NCBI GenBank assembly: GCA_963825135.1
Contig: CAWGRW010000009.1
Coordinates: 2,560,001-2,624,000, forward strand
Length of the DNA: 64,000 bases
Source of the DNA: an uncultured bacterium
GTDB taxonomy: Bacteria; Desulfobacterota_D; UBA1144; Nemesobacterales; UBA2774
Direction: 5' to 3'
Below are positions 33,254-45,739 of this stretch, piece by piece. A model generated the notes under the pieces. It searched no databases. It saw only the letters and a program-made list of their open reading frames with translations, and was not told the origin of the DNA. Numbering within the stretch: position 1 is the first letter of the stretch; each line of letters opens with the position of its first letter. A program made the translations under genes and the position numbers.

Positions 33254-33703
33254 TCAGAATCGCCTCTTCATGGCCTTTTCCATCTCCCTGTCGGCCTCCC
33301 TCTTCTTTATATCGTCCCTTCTGTCTATGACCTTTTTGCCCTTTCCCAGAGCGAGATCGACCTTCGCCCTGCCCTTCTTGAAATAGATCTTGAGCGGGAT
33401 GAGGGTGTATCCCCTTATGATTGTCTTGCCCATGAGCCTGGCGATCTCCCGCTTGTTTAGGAGGAGCTTCCTTTCCCTGCGCGGATCGTGGTTGAGTATG
33501 TTGGCCTTCTCGTAGGGGGCGATGTAGCTGTTGACGAGGAAGACCTCCTCGTCCCTTATCATGGCGAAGCTCTCCTTGATGCTTGCCTGGTTCCCCCGGA
33601 GCGACTTCACCTCGGAGCCCTTGAGCTCGATGCCGGCCTCGTAGTTCTCCTCTATGACGTAATCCCTCTTGGCCCTGGGATGGGTGCAGACGACCTTTTC
33701 CAT
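33254..33703 (-). CDS. smpB: SsrA-binding protein
   Basis: EAGIELKGSEVKSLR, RKLLL, LGKGKK..D.R. Confidence 0.97.
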   Translation of the reverse strand: MEKVVCTHPRAKRDYVIEENYEAGIELKGSEVKSLRGNQASIKESFAMIRDEEVFLVNSYIAPYEKANILNHDPRRERKLLLNKREIARLMGKTIIRGYTLIPLKIYFKKGRAKVDLALGKGKKVIDRRDDIKKREADREMEKAMKRRF

Positions 33704-33799
33704 TTTTTTAATATAATGTCTAAGGGAAGGAAATCAACACACGTAGTGTGCTCTATGGTTCCTTCTTAACTCCTCTGCCTACCCACCCTAACGCCTGTC

Positions 33800-34136
33800 T
33801 CAACCGTAGGAGCGGCTTCCAGCCGCGATTCCTTTGATTCCTTCCCCCTTTAATCAAGGGGGAAGGCGAGGATGGGGGTGATAAATCCGTTCATCCTGAG
33901 CTTGTCGAAGGAGATCATTCCCGAATGTCTTTATCGGGAATCTCATCTTTAATCTTTCAATTCCCTCCTTTGGAAAAGGAGGGGTAGGGAGGATTTTCCA
34001 TTTTGTCATTTCGAGCGCATGCGAGAAATCTATATGTACAACAAACAATGGATTTCTCATGTACATTCGAAATGACAAAATTAAAGGCGAAAGGAAACAA
34101 CAAAAGACGAGATCCTGAATCGAGTTCAGGATGACG
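33800..34136. repeat. Cluster of several REP-like palindromes
   Basis: ccttcccccttt..aagggggaagg; tcatcctgagcttgtcgaagga; attcccgaa..tcgggaat; CCCTCC..GGAGGG unit; gtcatttcga..tcgaaatgac; atcctgaa..ttcaggat. Confidence 0.8.
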
Positions 34137-34144
34137 GAAAAAAG

Positions 34145-34594
34145 CTAAAACTCCTTCTTACTATCCAGCATAAGGGTAACAGGCCCGGAGTTCACGAGGT
34201 GCACGTCCATCATTGCACGGAACCGACCTGTCTCGACCTTTGCTCCGCGCTCCCTCAGCTCACTCACGAATAGCTCATAGAGCCTCTCGGCTATCTCGGG
34301 ACGGGCCGCCTTGTCGAAGGACGGCCGCCTGCCCTTCCGGCAGTCGCCGTAGAGGGTGAATTGCGACACGACGAGGACCCCGCCGCCTGTATCGGTCACG
34401 GACAGGTTCATCTTGCCTTCCGCGTCCTCGAATATGCGGAGGGACAATATTTTCTCGGCAAGATACCGTACGTCCTCCCCGGTATCGTCCTTCCCCGCCC
34501 CGAGAAGCACGAGCACACCCTCCCCTATCCGGCCCACGACCTCGCCTTCGACCTCGACCCTCGCTTCTTTTACACGCTGTATTACGGCTCGCAT
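34145..34594 (-). CDS. dtd: D-aminoacyl-tRNA deacylase
   Basis: [28 protein letters not shown]. Confidence 0.96.
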   Translation of the reverse strand: MRAVIQRVKEARVEVEGEVVGRIGEGVLVLLGAGKDDTGEDVRYLAEKILSLRIFEDAEGKMNLSVTDTGGGVLVVSQFTLYGDCRKGRRPSFDKAARPEIAERLYELFVSELRERGAKVETGRFRAMMDVHLVNSGPVTLMLDSKKEF

Positions 34595-34692
34595 TGTTTT
34601 ATCCCGGCATGGGAGTGATATTTTACATCACGGATACCGGAAACATAAAATGATGACCGGGCAGTGAAATTGTATTATAATTGGAAAAGACG

Positions 34693-35034
34693 ATGCGTAT
34701 AACGGTTGCCTTAATAATATTTCTGGCTTTTATTGGATTGGGGGAGCGTATCGCAAGCGCGATCGAATTCCCGCCGGAGCCGCCTAAGAAGCTGATCATA
34801 CACACGGTCAAGAGCGGGGAGGAGCTGCACCTGCTGGCGGGGTACTATTTTCTCGACTGCAGGCAGTGGGAGAACATATATCAGGCCAACATGGGCACGA
34901 TCGTGAATCCGAACAGGATTTATCCCGGGCAGCAGCTTTACGTTTATGTGGACGCCGGCTGGAAGCCGCCATTCGACCTCGACGCCTACGTCAATAAATG
35001 GCGCCCTTACCTGTTGAGCGGCACTGCGCCCTAG
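34693..35034 (+). CDS. Small secreted LysM-domain protein
   Basis: Signal peptide; [12 protein letters not shown]....W..IY.AN...[11 protein letters not shown] (alternative TTG start 34681). Confidence 0.8.
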   Translation: MRITVALIIFLAFIGLGERIASAIEFPPEPPKKLIIHTVKSGEELHLLAGYYFLDCRQWENIYQANMGTIVNPNRIYPGQQLYVYVDAGWKPPFDLDAYVNKWRPYLLSGTAP

Positions 35035-36227
35035 ATCAGGTCTCTTAAATATTCCCCGACGTCGGAGGTCGATATCTTCTCAAGGGCGGATTTTTCTATC
35101 TGCCTTATCCTCTCGCGCGTAACCCCGAATATATCCCCGATCTCGTTTAACGTGTAGGTGGTGTCTATGCCTATGCCGAAGCGCATCCTGATTATCTCCT
35201 GCTCCTTCGGCGTGAGGAGCGATAGTATGTCCTCTATCCTGTTCTGGACCGTTCTTTTGAGTATCGCGGAATCGGGCGGGGGTATCTTCTCGTCCTCGAC
35301 GAATTCGATGTGTGTCCTCTGGTCTTCGTTCGAGACCGGGGTGTCGAGGGACTGCACGTTGTTCATAACGTCTGACGCGGTCTGTATAATCCTTTTCACT
35401 ACGGAGGGCGAAATCCCCAGCTCCTTCGCTATCTCCTCGCACGTGGGCTCCCTGTCGAGCTCCTTCGACAGCATCGTGGTGACCGCCCTCACTTTTCCGG
35501 CCCATTCGTAGAGATATACCGGAATCCTGATGGTCTTGGTCTTCTCGAACGGCGCCCTGAATACTGCCTGCTGAATCCACCAGGTCGCGTAGGTGGAGAA
35601 CTTGTATCCGAGCGTGTAATCGAATTTCTCGACGGCCCTCATGAGGCCGAGGTTTCCTTCCTGAATGAGGTCGGCCAGAGGCAGGCCCCTTCCCATGTAG
35701 TTCTTCGCGATGCTAATTACCAGCTTGAGGTTCGACTTGATGAACCTGTTCTTGAGCTCGGAGGACCTCTTCACGTAGGCGTTCGAGAGGGTGTTCATCC
35801 TCTCAATGTAGCCGATCATGTCCTTTCCGGTGTAAACGGGGTACTTTTTAAAGAGGCTCTTGTTCTTGTTCGCGTCCCGTGAAATCTCGTTGAGTACCGC
35901 CCTTATGGCCTCGGCCTTGTTCTCGCACTTTTTAATATTGGCCGCTATCCTGAGCTCTTCTTTGGGCGAAAGGAGGGACGTCTCGTGCTCGAGGTCCTTG
36001 AAATATACGTGGAGGAGCCTCAAGTGCTCCTCGAGCTTCGATTTCCGGTGCTTCTTCCGGCCGGAGCCCGTCTCAAGGGAAGTGAAATCAGAATCGGATT
36101 CTGCGTCATCGGGGGCGAAACCATCGACCTCGACGTATGGAAATAATTCGTAATCTTTTTCGGAAGAGCCTGATTCTATTAAAGCGAGCCTCGGAGTCAA
36201 CTTTTCAAGGTCTTTATGTTTTTTCAT
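35031..36227 (-). CDS. Sigma-70 family RNA polymerase sigma factor (RpoD-like, no obvious region 1.1)
   Basis: [49 protein letters not shown]. Confidence 0.93.
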   Translation of the reverse strand: MKKHKDLEKLTPRLALIESGSSEKDYELFPYVEVDGFAPDDAESDSDFTSLETGSGRKKHRKSKLEEHLRLLHVYFKDLEHETSLLSPKEELRIAANIKKCENKAEAIRAVLNEISRDANKNKSLFKKYPVYTGKDMIGYIERMNTLSNAYVKRSSELKNRFIKSNLKLVISIAKNYMGRGLPLADLIQEGNLGLMRAVEKFDYTLGYKFSTYATWWIQQAVFRAPFEKTKTIRIPVYLYEWAGKVRAVTTMLSKELDREPTCEEIAKELGISPSVVKRIIQTASDVMNNVQSLDTPVSNEDQRTHIEFVEDEKIPPPDSAILKRTVQNRIEDILSLLTPKEQEIIRMRFGIGIDTTYTLNEIGDIFGVTRERIRQIEKSALEKISTSDVGEYLRDLI

Positions 36228-36448
36228 AACACCCTTTATCCCTGTTATGCATGGGATTCCCCTATTGAGTCAAAACTATGCGCTCCTTCAATACCCGTAA
36301 TGGTATGAGGGTACCCGGAATTACCGGGAATTATTCGATCTAATCGGCTGAAATCGAATATACAAGAAAATCGGTTGATTTTGGTTAATTCGGGAAGGCC
36401 GGGATAATTGGCCCTCCCGTTTAATTTTTCAAAATTATCAACGCACGA

Positions 36449-36868
36449 TTATATCTTGAAGGATTCAAGCGCTTCGTCGAACATCGTAAAAGCCTTGATC
36501 ACATTCTTCTTCGCGATGTCGTGGCTCTCCGCGGCGACGTTGCCCGAAATTCCCTTGAACGAATCCGTCAGGTTCTTCTGAAACTCGAAAACCTTGGCCA
36601 GTCCGTCGTCGAAAGCCCCTGTATCGACCTTGGCGAACGGGTAATTCTGCTTCGGAAGCGATCCGTAAAACTCCTTAACGGAATTGAAGTAATCCTTTTC
36701 CGCATCGATAACGTAGTCGAGCTGCTTGTTCAGCACCTTCTTGTTTTCCTCGGCCACTGATAAAGAGAAATCGAGCGTATTGAGATACGTCTCTTTTACG
36801 AGCTTCGATAATTCCTTTACCGGCTCGGTGAAACCTTTTGCATCAAAAGCTTGTTTGCTTGTTGCCAT
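36449..36868 (-). CDS. Hypothetical amphipathic-helix protein, phasin-like
   Basis: GGAGG RBS, 139 aa, apparently all-helical amphipathic pattern. Confidence 0.6.
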   Translation of the reverse strand: MATSKQAFDAKGFTEPVKELSKLVKETYLNTLDFSLSVAEENKKVLNKQLDYVIDAEKDYFNSVKEFYGSLPKQNYPFAKVDTGAFDDGLAKVFEFQKNLTDSFKGISGNVAAESHDIAKKNVIKAFTMFDEALESFKI

Positions 36869-37193
36869 GATTATGACCTCCTTTTTTGGTCTAGGATTAA
36901 TATAATAGTCCCGGAAACGGTTGTCAAGAGGAAATGTACGCAAATGCGAAGATTTATATATTCATAACAGCCTGCCATTACAGCATATATAAATTCACCA
37001 TGAAAATATTATAATGCGTGTGCTTATAAATTGAGGTATCCGGATCCGTGGACGGCGGGGTTCTTAAAAGGGATGTACAGGCGGGAATAGAATGGAGAAT
37101 AGCATAAAGGATATAATTATCTATTATCCTCTCGGGTGTAAAAATACTTTAAGAACGCCTTCTAACAACCTAATATGACTTGCTAAATAATAT

Positions 37194-37601
37194 CTATGAC
37201 CCTTTCTTCATGAAGTCCTGGAACATGGACGAGGTATTTTTTACCTGCTCCATCCAGCTCTCCTGGATCTTCTGCATGTTCTTCATGTATTCGGAGAACT
37301 TGTCTTCACCCGTCCCGAGGCCGGGCATGGGGCTTCCGCTCCCGTATTTCATAGGGTTTTCGGACATAATCCTCAACATCCTCTTCGTGGTCTCCATGAT
37401 GTTTTCCATGAGCGCCTTCTGGAGCTCTATGGATTCCAGGAAGAGCCTCTGCTGGTACTCCATGACGGGCTTGGTCATCTCCTGGGCCTTCTTCTGGCCC
37501 TCGAGGATGGGTTTCGTAATCTTCTCGATTTCTTTCTTCTGGGTCTCGAGTACCTTGAAGAATTCCGAGAATATATTTTCAGAGCTTTCCTTCTTCGTCA
37601 T
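37194..37601 (-). CDS. Hypothetical helical protein, phasin-like
   Basis: AAGGAG RBS; M/Q/E/K-rich amphipathic helices (QKIQESWMEQ). Confidence 0.6.
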   Translation of the reverse strand: MTKKESSENIFSEFFKVLETQKKEIEKITKPILEGQKKAQEMTKPVMEYQQRLFLESIELQKALMENIMETTKRMLRIMSENPMKYGSGSPMPGLGTGEDKFSEYMKNMQKIQESWMEQVKNTSSMFQDFMKKGS

Positions 37602-37941
37602 TTCAGGCTCCTTAATACTTGATAATGACTATTATAAATCCTGTGGGGGAATGTCAAGCGGCGCGACCGGGCGTCAGCGTAATAAGGCATAACCTATTTG
37701 TTTTTGAATGAAATAAAACTATAGGGGTAAAACTGTAATGACTGTTAAGGAAACCGAATCGTAAGGAGTATGAATGTGAAACCTTCCATTACTTCAATGC
37801 AGGGAGCGGTCGGAAAGTTCTTCATCGGCGGAAGGACGATACATCCGCCTTATCAATTCCAAACACCCATACCGGTCAAGCCGTGATGCGCTTTAGAACC
37901 GCTCCCCATCGATCCATACCGTCAAATTCAAACCGGGCTGA

Positions 37942-38148
37942 TTAACCCTCTAATATGAACGTAATTCTTATGTGGGCCCTGTATTCCGTGATTTTCCCGC
38001 CCTTACCCACAGCGGCGTTCATCTTCGTTACCTCTATTCCGGTGAGGCCGCGGAGCGTCTTGTTCGCCCTCTCGAGGGCGTTCTTTACTGCGTCGTCCCA
38101 CGATTTGGGAGACGAACCTATTATCTCTGTGATCCTTGCAACAGCCAT
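37942..38148 (-). CDS. Dodecin family flavin-binding protein
   Basis: EIIGSSPKSWDDAV..A..RA.KTLRG, ITEYR..I.ITF. Confidence 0.92.
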   Translation of the reverse strand: MAVARITEIIGSSPKSWDDAVKNALERANKTLRGLTGIEVTKMNAAVGKGGKITEYRAHIRITFILEG

Positions 38149-38164
38149 AGCAAATACCTCCTTA

Positions 38165-38245
38165 GTGTATTTTATGCCTTACCGCAGTGTATTTTATGCC
38201 TTACCGCAGTGTATTTTGTGCCCTACCCCGGTGTATTTTGTTGCC
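38165..38245. repeat. 22-bp tandem repeat, ~3.5 copies, in dodecin leader
   Basis: gtgtattttatgccttaccgca twice exactly, then gtgtattttgtgccctaccccg and a partial gtgtattttgttgcc. Confidence 0.9.
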
Positions 38246-38417
38246 AGCCGCTCCCCGGTCCCATTACTACTATAATAAAAATGCCCAAAAAAAGTCAAGG
38301 TAAATTTATCGGCACCGGTTGACTTCATTACACAAATTTTATAATCATGCTATAATCAATCTCACAAAAAAGACACCCGTTTTAGAGGGCATAATCTAAT
38401 TTTATCAGGAGGGCCCT

Positions 38418-39560
38418 ATGCCTATTGATTTTGAGTTTACCGAAGAACAGTACATGTTCAGGGACACGATCCGCGACTTCGGCGAGAACGAGATAGCGCC
38501 GCTCGTGGAGGACGCGGAAAAGAACGAAAAATTCCCCAGGGAACTATTCCCCAAGCTCGGGGAGATGGGCTTCCTGGGCATCTCGTTCCCCGAGGAATAC
38601 GGCGGCGTGGGTCTGGACAAGATTACGGAATGCATATTCGCCGAGGAGATGGGGCGCATAAACGCGGGCATAGGCATGTGCATAAACGCGCACACGAGCC
38701 TCTCCTGCGTGCCCGTCCATAAATTCGGCACTGATGCACAAAAAGAGAAGTACCTGATACCCGGGATAGAGGGGAAGGTCATAGGCGCGCTCGGACTTAC
38801 CGAGCCCGACGCGGGCTCGGACGCGAGGAGCATACGCGCGACCGCGGTGAAGAAGGACGGGAGATACTATCTGAACGGCACCAAGACCTGGATTACTAAC
38901 GGCACTATGGCCGATTTCGTCATCGTCGCCGCATACACGGACAAGTCAAAGAAAGGCACGGGCATCAGTCTTTTCATAGTGGACTCGGACGCCCCCGGCT
39001 TCACGGAGAAGAACAAGATACACAAGCTCGGGCACAGGTCGGCCGACACGGCTGAGCTGGTGTTCGTGAACTGCGAAATACCGGAAGAGAACCTCCTCGT
39101 CGGAGAAGGGGGTTTTAACGGCGCAATGGATACGTTATTGGGCGCGCGCATAACCCACGCCGCGAAATCGGTCGGCCTCTCGCAGGCCGCGTTCGAATTC
39201 GCGCTTAACTATTCGAAGCAGAGGGAGGCGTTCGGGAAGCAGATATCGAAGTTCCAGGCCATAAGCTTCAAGCTGGCCGAGATGGCCGTCAAGATAGAGA
39301 CCGCGAGGCTCCTCGTGTACAAGGCCGCCTGGCTTTACAGCAGCGGTCAAAAGGCCCTCAAGGAGGCGTCGATGGCGAAATTGCACGCTGCCGAGGTAGT
39401 GCAGTGGGTCGCGACCGAGGCCGTGCAGGTGCTGGGGGGATACGGGTACGGGGTCGAGTTCCCCGTCGAGAGGTATTACAGGGACGCCAAGCTCGCGTCC
39501 ATTACCGAAGGCACGTCCGAGATTCAGCACGTCGTCATAGCGAGGGAGCTCGGCATTTAA
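38418..39560 (+). CDS. Acyl-CoA dehydrogenase
   Basis: LTEPDAGSD, NGTKTWITNG, REAFGK, QVLGGYGY, ITEGTSEIQ. Confidence 0.95.
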   Translation: MPIDFEFTEEQYMFRDTIRDFGENEIAPLVEDAEKNEKFPRELFPKLGEMGFLGISFPEEYGGVGLDKITECIFAEEMGRINAGIGMCINAHTSLSCVPVHKFGTDAQKEKYLIPGIEGKVIGALGLTEPDAGSDARSIRATAVKKDGRYYLNGTKTWITNGTMADFVIVAAYTDKSKKGTGISLFIVDSDAPGFTEKNKIHKLGHRSADTAELVFVNCEIPEENLLVGEGGFNGAMDTLLGARITHAAKSVGLSQAAFEFALNYSKQREAFGKQISKFQAISFKLAEMAVKIETARLLVYKAAWLYSSGQKALKEASMAKLHAAEVVQWVATEAVQVLGGYGYGVEFPVERYYRDAKLASITEGTSEIQHVVIARELGI

Positions 39561-39597
39561 CGCCTGAGAGATTCCCTGAACAAAATAAACTGAAAAT

Positions 39598-39637
39598 AAA
39601 AAGCGGGGATGCGTCATCAGACGCTCCCCGCTTTTTT
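39598..39637. terminator. Bidirectional rho-independent terminator
   Basis: aaaaagcgggga(t)gcgtc-atca-gacgctccccgctttttt between convergent genes. Confidence 0.85.
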
Positions 39638-39684
39638 GTGTTCTTTATTGTATCCCTGCTAAATCTTTAGATCCGATTAAAGCC

Positions 39685-39882
39685 TTATTTCCAGGGGGCT
39701 GTCATTTCGCCCTTCTCCGGGTCCTGGAACTTGAGCCACTTGGACGAATCGTAATGAGCCGACGCATAGCAAAGGATAGCCGTCGTGGCTATGAGCTGCT
39801 CAGGCGTGGACTTCGTCATTTCGGCCCTTTTCTTTATTATGTTCAATATCGGATCGGGTATCTGAATCGTTACTTCAGCCAT
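39685..39882 (-). CDS. Small hypothetical protein (ribbon-helix-helix-like N-terminus)
   Basis: AAGGAGG RBS; VTIQIPD.I...IK.RA pattern. Confidence 0.65.
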   Translation of the reverse strand: MAEVTIQIPDPILNIIKKRAEMTKSTPEQLIATTAILCYASAHYDSSKWLKFQDPEKGEMTAPWK

Positions 39883-39902
39883 GATGTAGAACCTCCTTTG
39901 AT

Positions 39903-40931
39903 TTAGTCGGCGTCGCCGATACCTTTTTCTTTCCTGTACTGGTCCAATACCTCTCTCTTGACCGTCGGCACGAGCTTGAAGTCGCCTTCCTTCGCGCCCG
40001 CAGCCGTGGCTTCGACTTCCGAAGCGCTCAGGGGCTCGACCTTCTTGTCGACCGCGTTTACCGGGTCGTTAAGCTGTGAAGGGGTGAGCTTCCAATCCGT
40101 GAGGGATTCTTTTCCGAGCCCGAACCTGATCGTAAGCTTGTTTATTTCCTCGAGCCTTCCCGCTTTCGGTCCCGGCTCCTGTATCATCTTCAGCTCTTTC
40201 AGAAGCTCTACGGTCTTTCCGTCCCTTTCGAAGGGCTGTCCTACCTTGCCCTTGAAGAACATGGTTTCGAACGGAGGACGTCCTCTCGTACCGCCGCCGT
40301 CGAGGTTCTCCGACGGATAACCTACGGTCATTAGCCAGCAGAATACGTACGATGGCGGGAGGTTGAATTTATCCTTTATGTTCCTTCTCGCGCCGCCGCT
40401 TGCGCCGTTAAGGCAGCAGCCGAGCCCGAGGGACGTCGCCGTGAGGATCGAGTTTTGAATCGCGTTTCCAAGGTCGATGCAGGCGAGCCTGTGGAGAACG
40501 AAATCCGGGAGAAGGGCAGGCAGCGGGAAGAGCCTGTTCACGCGGTCGTATTCCCATCCGTGGGCCTTATCGAGGGCGCCTGTCCTCATCAGGTCGTGGA
40601 GCTGTTGTCCCTGAACGTCGTATGAAGACAAGTCGTAGCACCAGAAGATAAGTATCGGAGCCATCTGCGTCGTGATCTGGCTCCAGTCCGAGATGAATTC
40701 CCAGATCTCCGGGTCTTCGTCCCTGTAAACTACTATACCCCTCTGCCCGTTGAAGTTGCCGGCGGACGGAGCTATTCTTGAAGCTTCAAGCATAGCCTGT
40801 ATCTTCCATCTTTCGACAGGCTTGTTGGGTTCATACCATCTTATAGATCTCCTCAAGCCTATCGCTTCGAAAGTATTAAGCGGTTTGACCTGCCCAGCCT
40901 GAGGGAGAGCATCGGAAATCAATGTACTCAT
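39903..40931 (-). CDS. Nitroreductase family protein with C-terminal extension
   Basis: RRSIRWY, APSAGN, LTATSLGLGCC, MTVGYP. Confidence 0.85.
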   Translation of the reverse strand: MSTLISDALPQAGQVKPLNTFEAIGLRRSIRWYEPNKPVERWKIQAMLEASRIAPSAGNFNGQRGIVVYRDEDPEIWEFISDWSQITTQMAPILIFWCYDLSSYDVQGQQLHDLMRTGALDKAHGWEYDRVNRLFPLPALLPDFVLHRLACIDLGNAIQNSILTATSLGLGCCLNGASGGARRNIKDKFNLPPSYVFCWLMTVGYPSENLDGGGTRGRPPFETMFFKGKVGQPFERDGKTVELLKELKMIQEPGPKAGRLEEINKLTIRFGLGKESLTDWKLTPSQLNDPVNAVDKKVEPLSASEVEATAAGAKEGDFKLVPTVKREVLDQYRKEKGIGDAD

Positions 40932-41167
40932 TTCGGCCTCCTTATGTGAATTATGTTTTTCTTACCAGACAATCAACCATATTATTATTTCCGGAAAAAA
41001 AAGTCAAGTTATTCGTGCAATAAAGGACTATGAGTACTAATTTTTTGCTCCGTATATCCCATCCGCGCCCGCTGATAATGCTCGTGAAACCCGCGTCTCC
41101 TGCCGCGGTCCCCTGACGACCTCAGCTTTGCGCATCCAATGGTCTCAGATTATTTAATAATTCAGGG

Positions 41168-41194
41168 TTGAATTCCGGGCTTTGATTGCTATAT
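41168..41194 (+). promoter_or_regulatory. Possible heat-shock (RpoH-type) promoter of clpB
   Basis: TTG-N18-CTATAT, 35 bp before the clpB ATG. Confidence 0.4.
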
Positions 41195-41229
41195 TTAGAT
41201 AAAAATAACCAGATGGAGATAACTCGATA

Positions 41230-43864
<2,635 letters not shown>

Positions 43865-43927
43865 TCGAAAAGAACCGGCATTCACTCAGAGATGGGGGAG
43901 TGTCTTTTGCTATGGAGCATACATTTT

Positions 43928-44830
43928 TTGATCACACGTAAGATTACAAGGCTAATTGCTGAGACTTATGAGAGTGCCTTTAAAACAGGCAGGACATCTG
44001 GTAGCAGTACATACTATTCCATTGATATTGATAAACTATACGACTTTCTGTTCGATAATGAATTTCCAGGGGGTTTTTGTAATGATGCAAAAAAAACCTA
44101 TAATGCTTATAGCACTCGTAACCTAAAAGAATTTATAATGAAACTTCATACTGGAGAAACATTAGTCAGAGGAACGCCAGAATGGAGCTGGGAACAAAGG
44201 AGTGCTTTAGGACAAAGCTATCTACACGATCTGGCAGAGGTGATTATTAAGCACAAATCCACTTTAGATGACAGATTTGAAAGTCACATAATACGATCTA
44301 TTGATTCACTTATAGCTCAACTAGAGCTTGAAGGTTATGAGTACAAGAATGGGAAATTATTAATATCGGAAGCGGATGTTTTGGACATTACCGAGGAAGT
44401 TGGAACAATTGAGAATCTCTATAGGGAGCTAGGATTAGATAATACAGAAACAACATTCCATCATCTCTCTCTTTCAGAAGAACATTACCACAATAAGAAA
44501 TGGGATGATTCAATTTCCAATTCTAGAAAATTTCTTGAATGTATTATAAGAGAGGTTGCTGCAACACATAGCATTAGAAAAAAGGGTGCAAAACTCGATT
44601 CCGATATATATTCTAATCAAAAAAGTATCCGTAGTTATCTAGAGAAAGAAGGTTTATTGGAAGCAAAAGAACGGGAAGCAATTACTTCAGTGTATGGATT
44701 ATTAAGCGAAACTGGTGGGCATCCAAATATGGCAGAATCTGAAGAAGCAAGATTATTACGTCACTTATCTTTAACTCTTTCTCAATTTGTTATGCTAAGA
44801 CTTCGTGGAGCACTTATTAAGTCGACATAA
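43928..44830 (+). CDS. AT-rich hypothetical protein with Abi_C/HEPN-like C-terminal domain
   Basis: GGAG RBS before TTG 43928; WDDSISNSRKFLECII ... GGHP ... EEARL resembles abortive-infection C-terminal domains. Confidence 0.65.
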   Translation: MITRKITRLIAETYESAFKTGRTSGSSTYYSIDIDKLYDFLFDNEFPGGFCNDAKKTYNAYSTRNLKEFIMKLHTGETLVRGTPEWSWEQRSALGQSYLHDLAEVIIKHKSTLDDRFESHIIRSIDSLIAQLELEGYEYKNGKLLISEADVLDITEEVGTIENLYRELGLDNTETTFHHLSLSEEHYHNKKWDDSISNSRKFLECIIREVAATHSIRKKGAKLDSDIYSNQKSIRSYLEKEGLLEAKEREAITSVYGLLSETGGHPNMAESEEARLLRHLSLTLSQFVMLRLRGALIKST

Positions 44831-44834
44831 CGAT

Positions 44835-45641
44835 ATGGATTACAAGGACGCACTAAAACGACTCGAAGAATTTCGTGTTCTCTTAGAAAAACATACTCTA
44901 GGAAAATTTGAATCCGATAATGATAAAATAAGGTTAAATCAAGAAATTTATAATAAGTATGGTGAGGTGGAAGGTATTATAGAACAGTTTGAAGGTCGAT
45001 CTGAAATCAAAGTGCCATGGCATGGAGGTGCGGACCCTTTAATTTATCCGAACTATATAGAAGCAGGTTATCTGTCTGGACGAACATTCCATCAACATCA
45101 AGGATATACTCAACTATTAAAAGTAATCGGCAAAGTAAAACAGAGATTAGAGAATCCTAATGTAATAAGAGATGAGCAATCGTTATCTGGTGCCGTACGA
45201 GTTTTAAATAGTTTTCGCGAGTGTTGTCAATATCTCACTTCTCCTCCAGCGAATGAACGTGATGTCCAAGATATAATTTGGATCATGCTTCGGTCTCATT
45301 TTGATAGACTTGATAGGGAGGAAACATTTCCTAAATTCGGAGCAAAGAGTTATCGGCCGGACTTTGGGATACCAGAATTGTATACATTAATAGAAGTTAA
45401 GTTTATTGGTCTAAAGTCTGATATTGCATCTATTCAGGATGAGATAATGGCCGACATCCCTCCATATCTTTCGAATCAAACTCACTACCGCAGCCTCATA
45501 ATATTTATATATGATGCTGCACATAAGCTGCGCGATCCACGCAAATTCATCGAAGATTTACGGACGATAGATGGGATAGTTGATGTTATAGTGGTTCCTG
45601 GAATAGGATTACCAATTAACAAAACTGAGAATAAACTATAA
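44835..45641 (+). CDS. AT-rich protein with C-terminal PD-(D/E)XK nuclease (DpnII/MboI-like REase domain)
   Basis: ERDVQD..., REE, RPDFGIP, IEVKF, EI.ADI..Y, FIYD. Confidence 0.75.
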   Translation: MDYKDALKRLEEFRVLLEKHTLGKFESDNDKIRLNQEIYNKYGEVEGIIEQFEGRSEIKVPWHGGADPLIYPNYIEAGYLSGRTFHQHQGYTQLLKVIGKVKQRLENPNVIRDEQSLSGAVRVLNSFRECCQYLTSPPANERDVQDIIWIMLRSHFDRLDREETFPKFGAKSYRPDFGIPELYTLIEVKFIGLKSDIASIQDEIMADIPPYLSNQTHYRSLIIFIYDAAHKLRDPRKFIEDLRTIDGIVDVIVVPGIGLPINKTENKL

Positions 45642-45725
45642 ATCCTCCCTAACCCTCCTTTTTCTAAGGAGGGAATTAAAAACGATAGGCCAAAAATAGA
45701 TTTCTCACATACGTTCGAAATGACA
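45640..45725. repeat. Two REP-like units
   Basis: aatcctccctaaccctcctttttctaaggagggaattaaaa and agatttctcacatacgttcgaaatgaca (cf. 34050-34077). Confidence 0.8.
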
Positions 45726-45739
45726 AGGGAAATGCTTGG

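Noticed and set aside
38165..38245. Possible CRISPR array
   Set aside because: Repeats are contiguous with no spacers, and no cas genes are present
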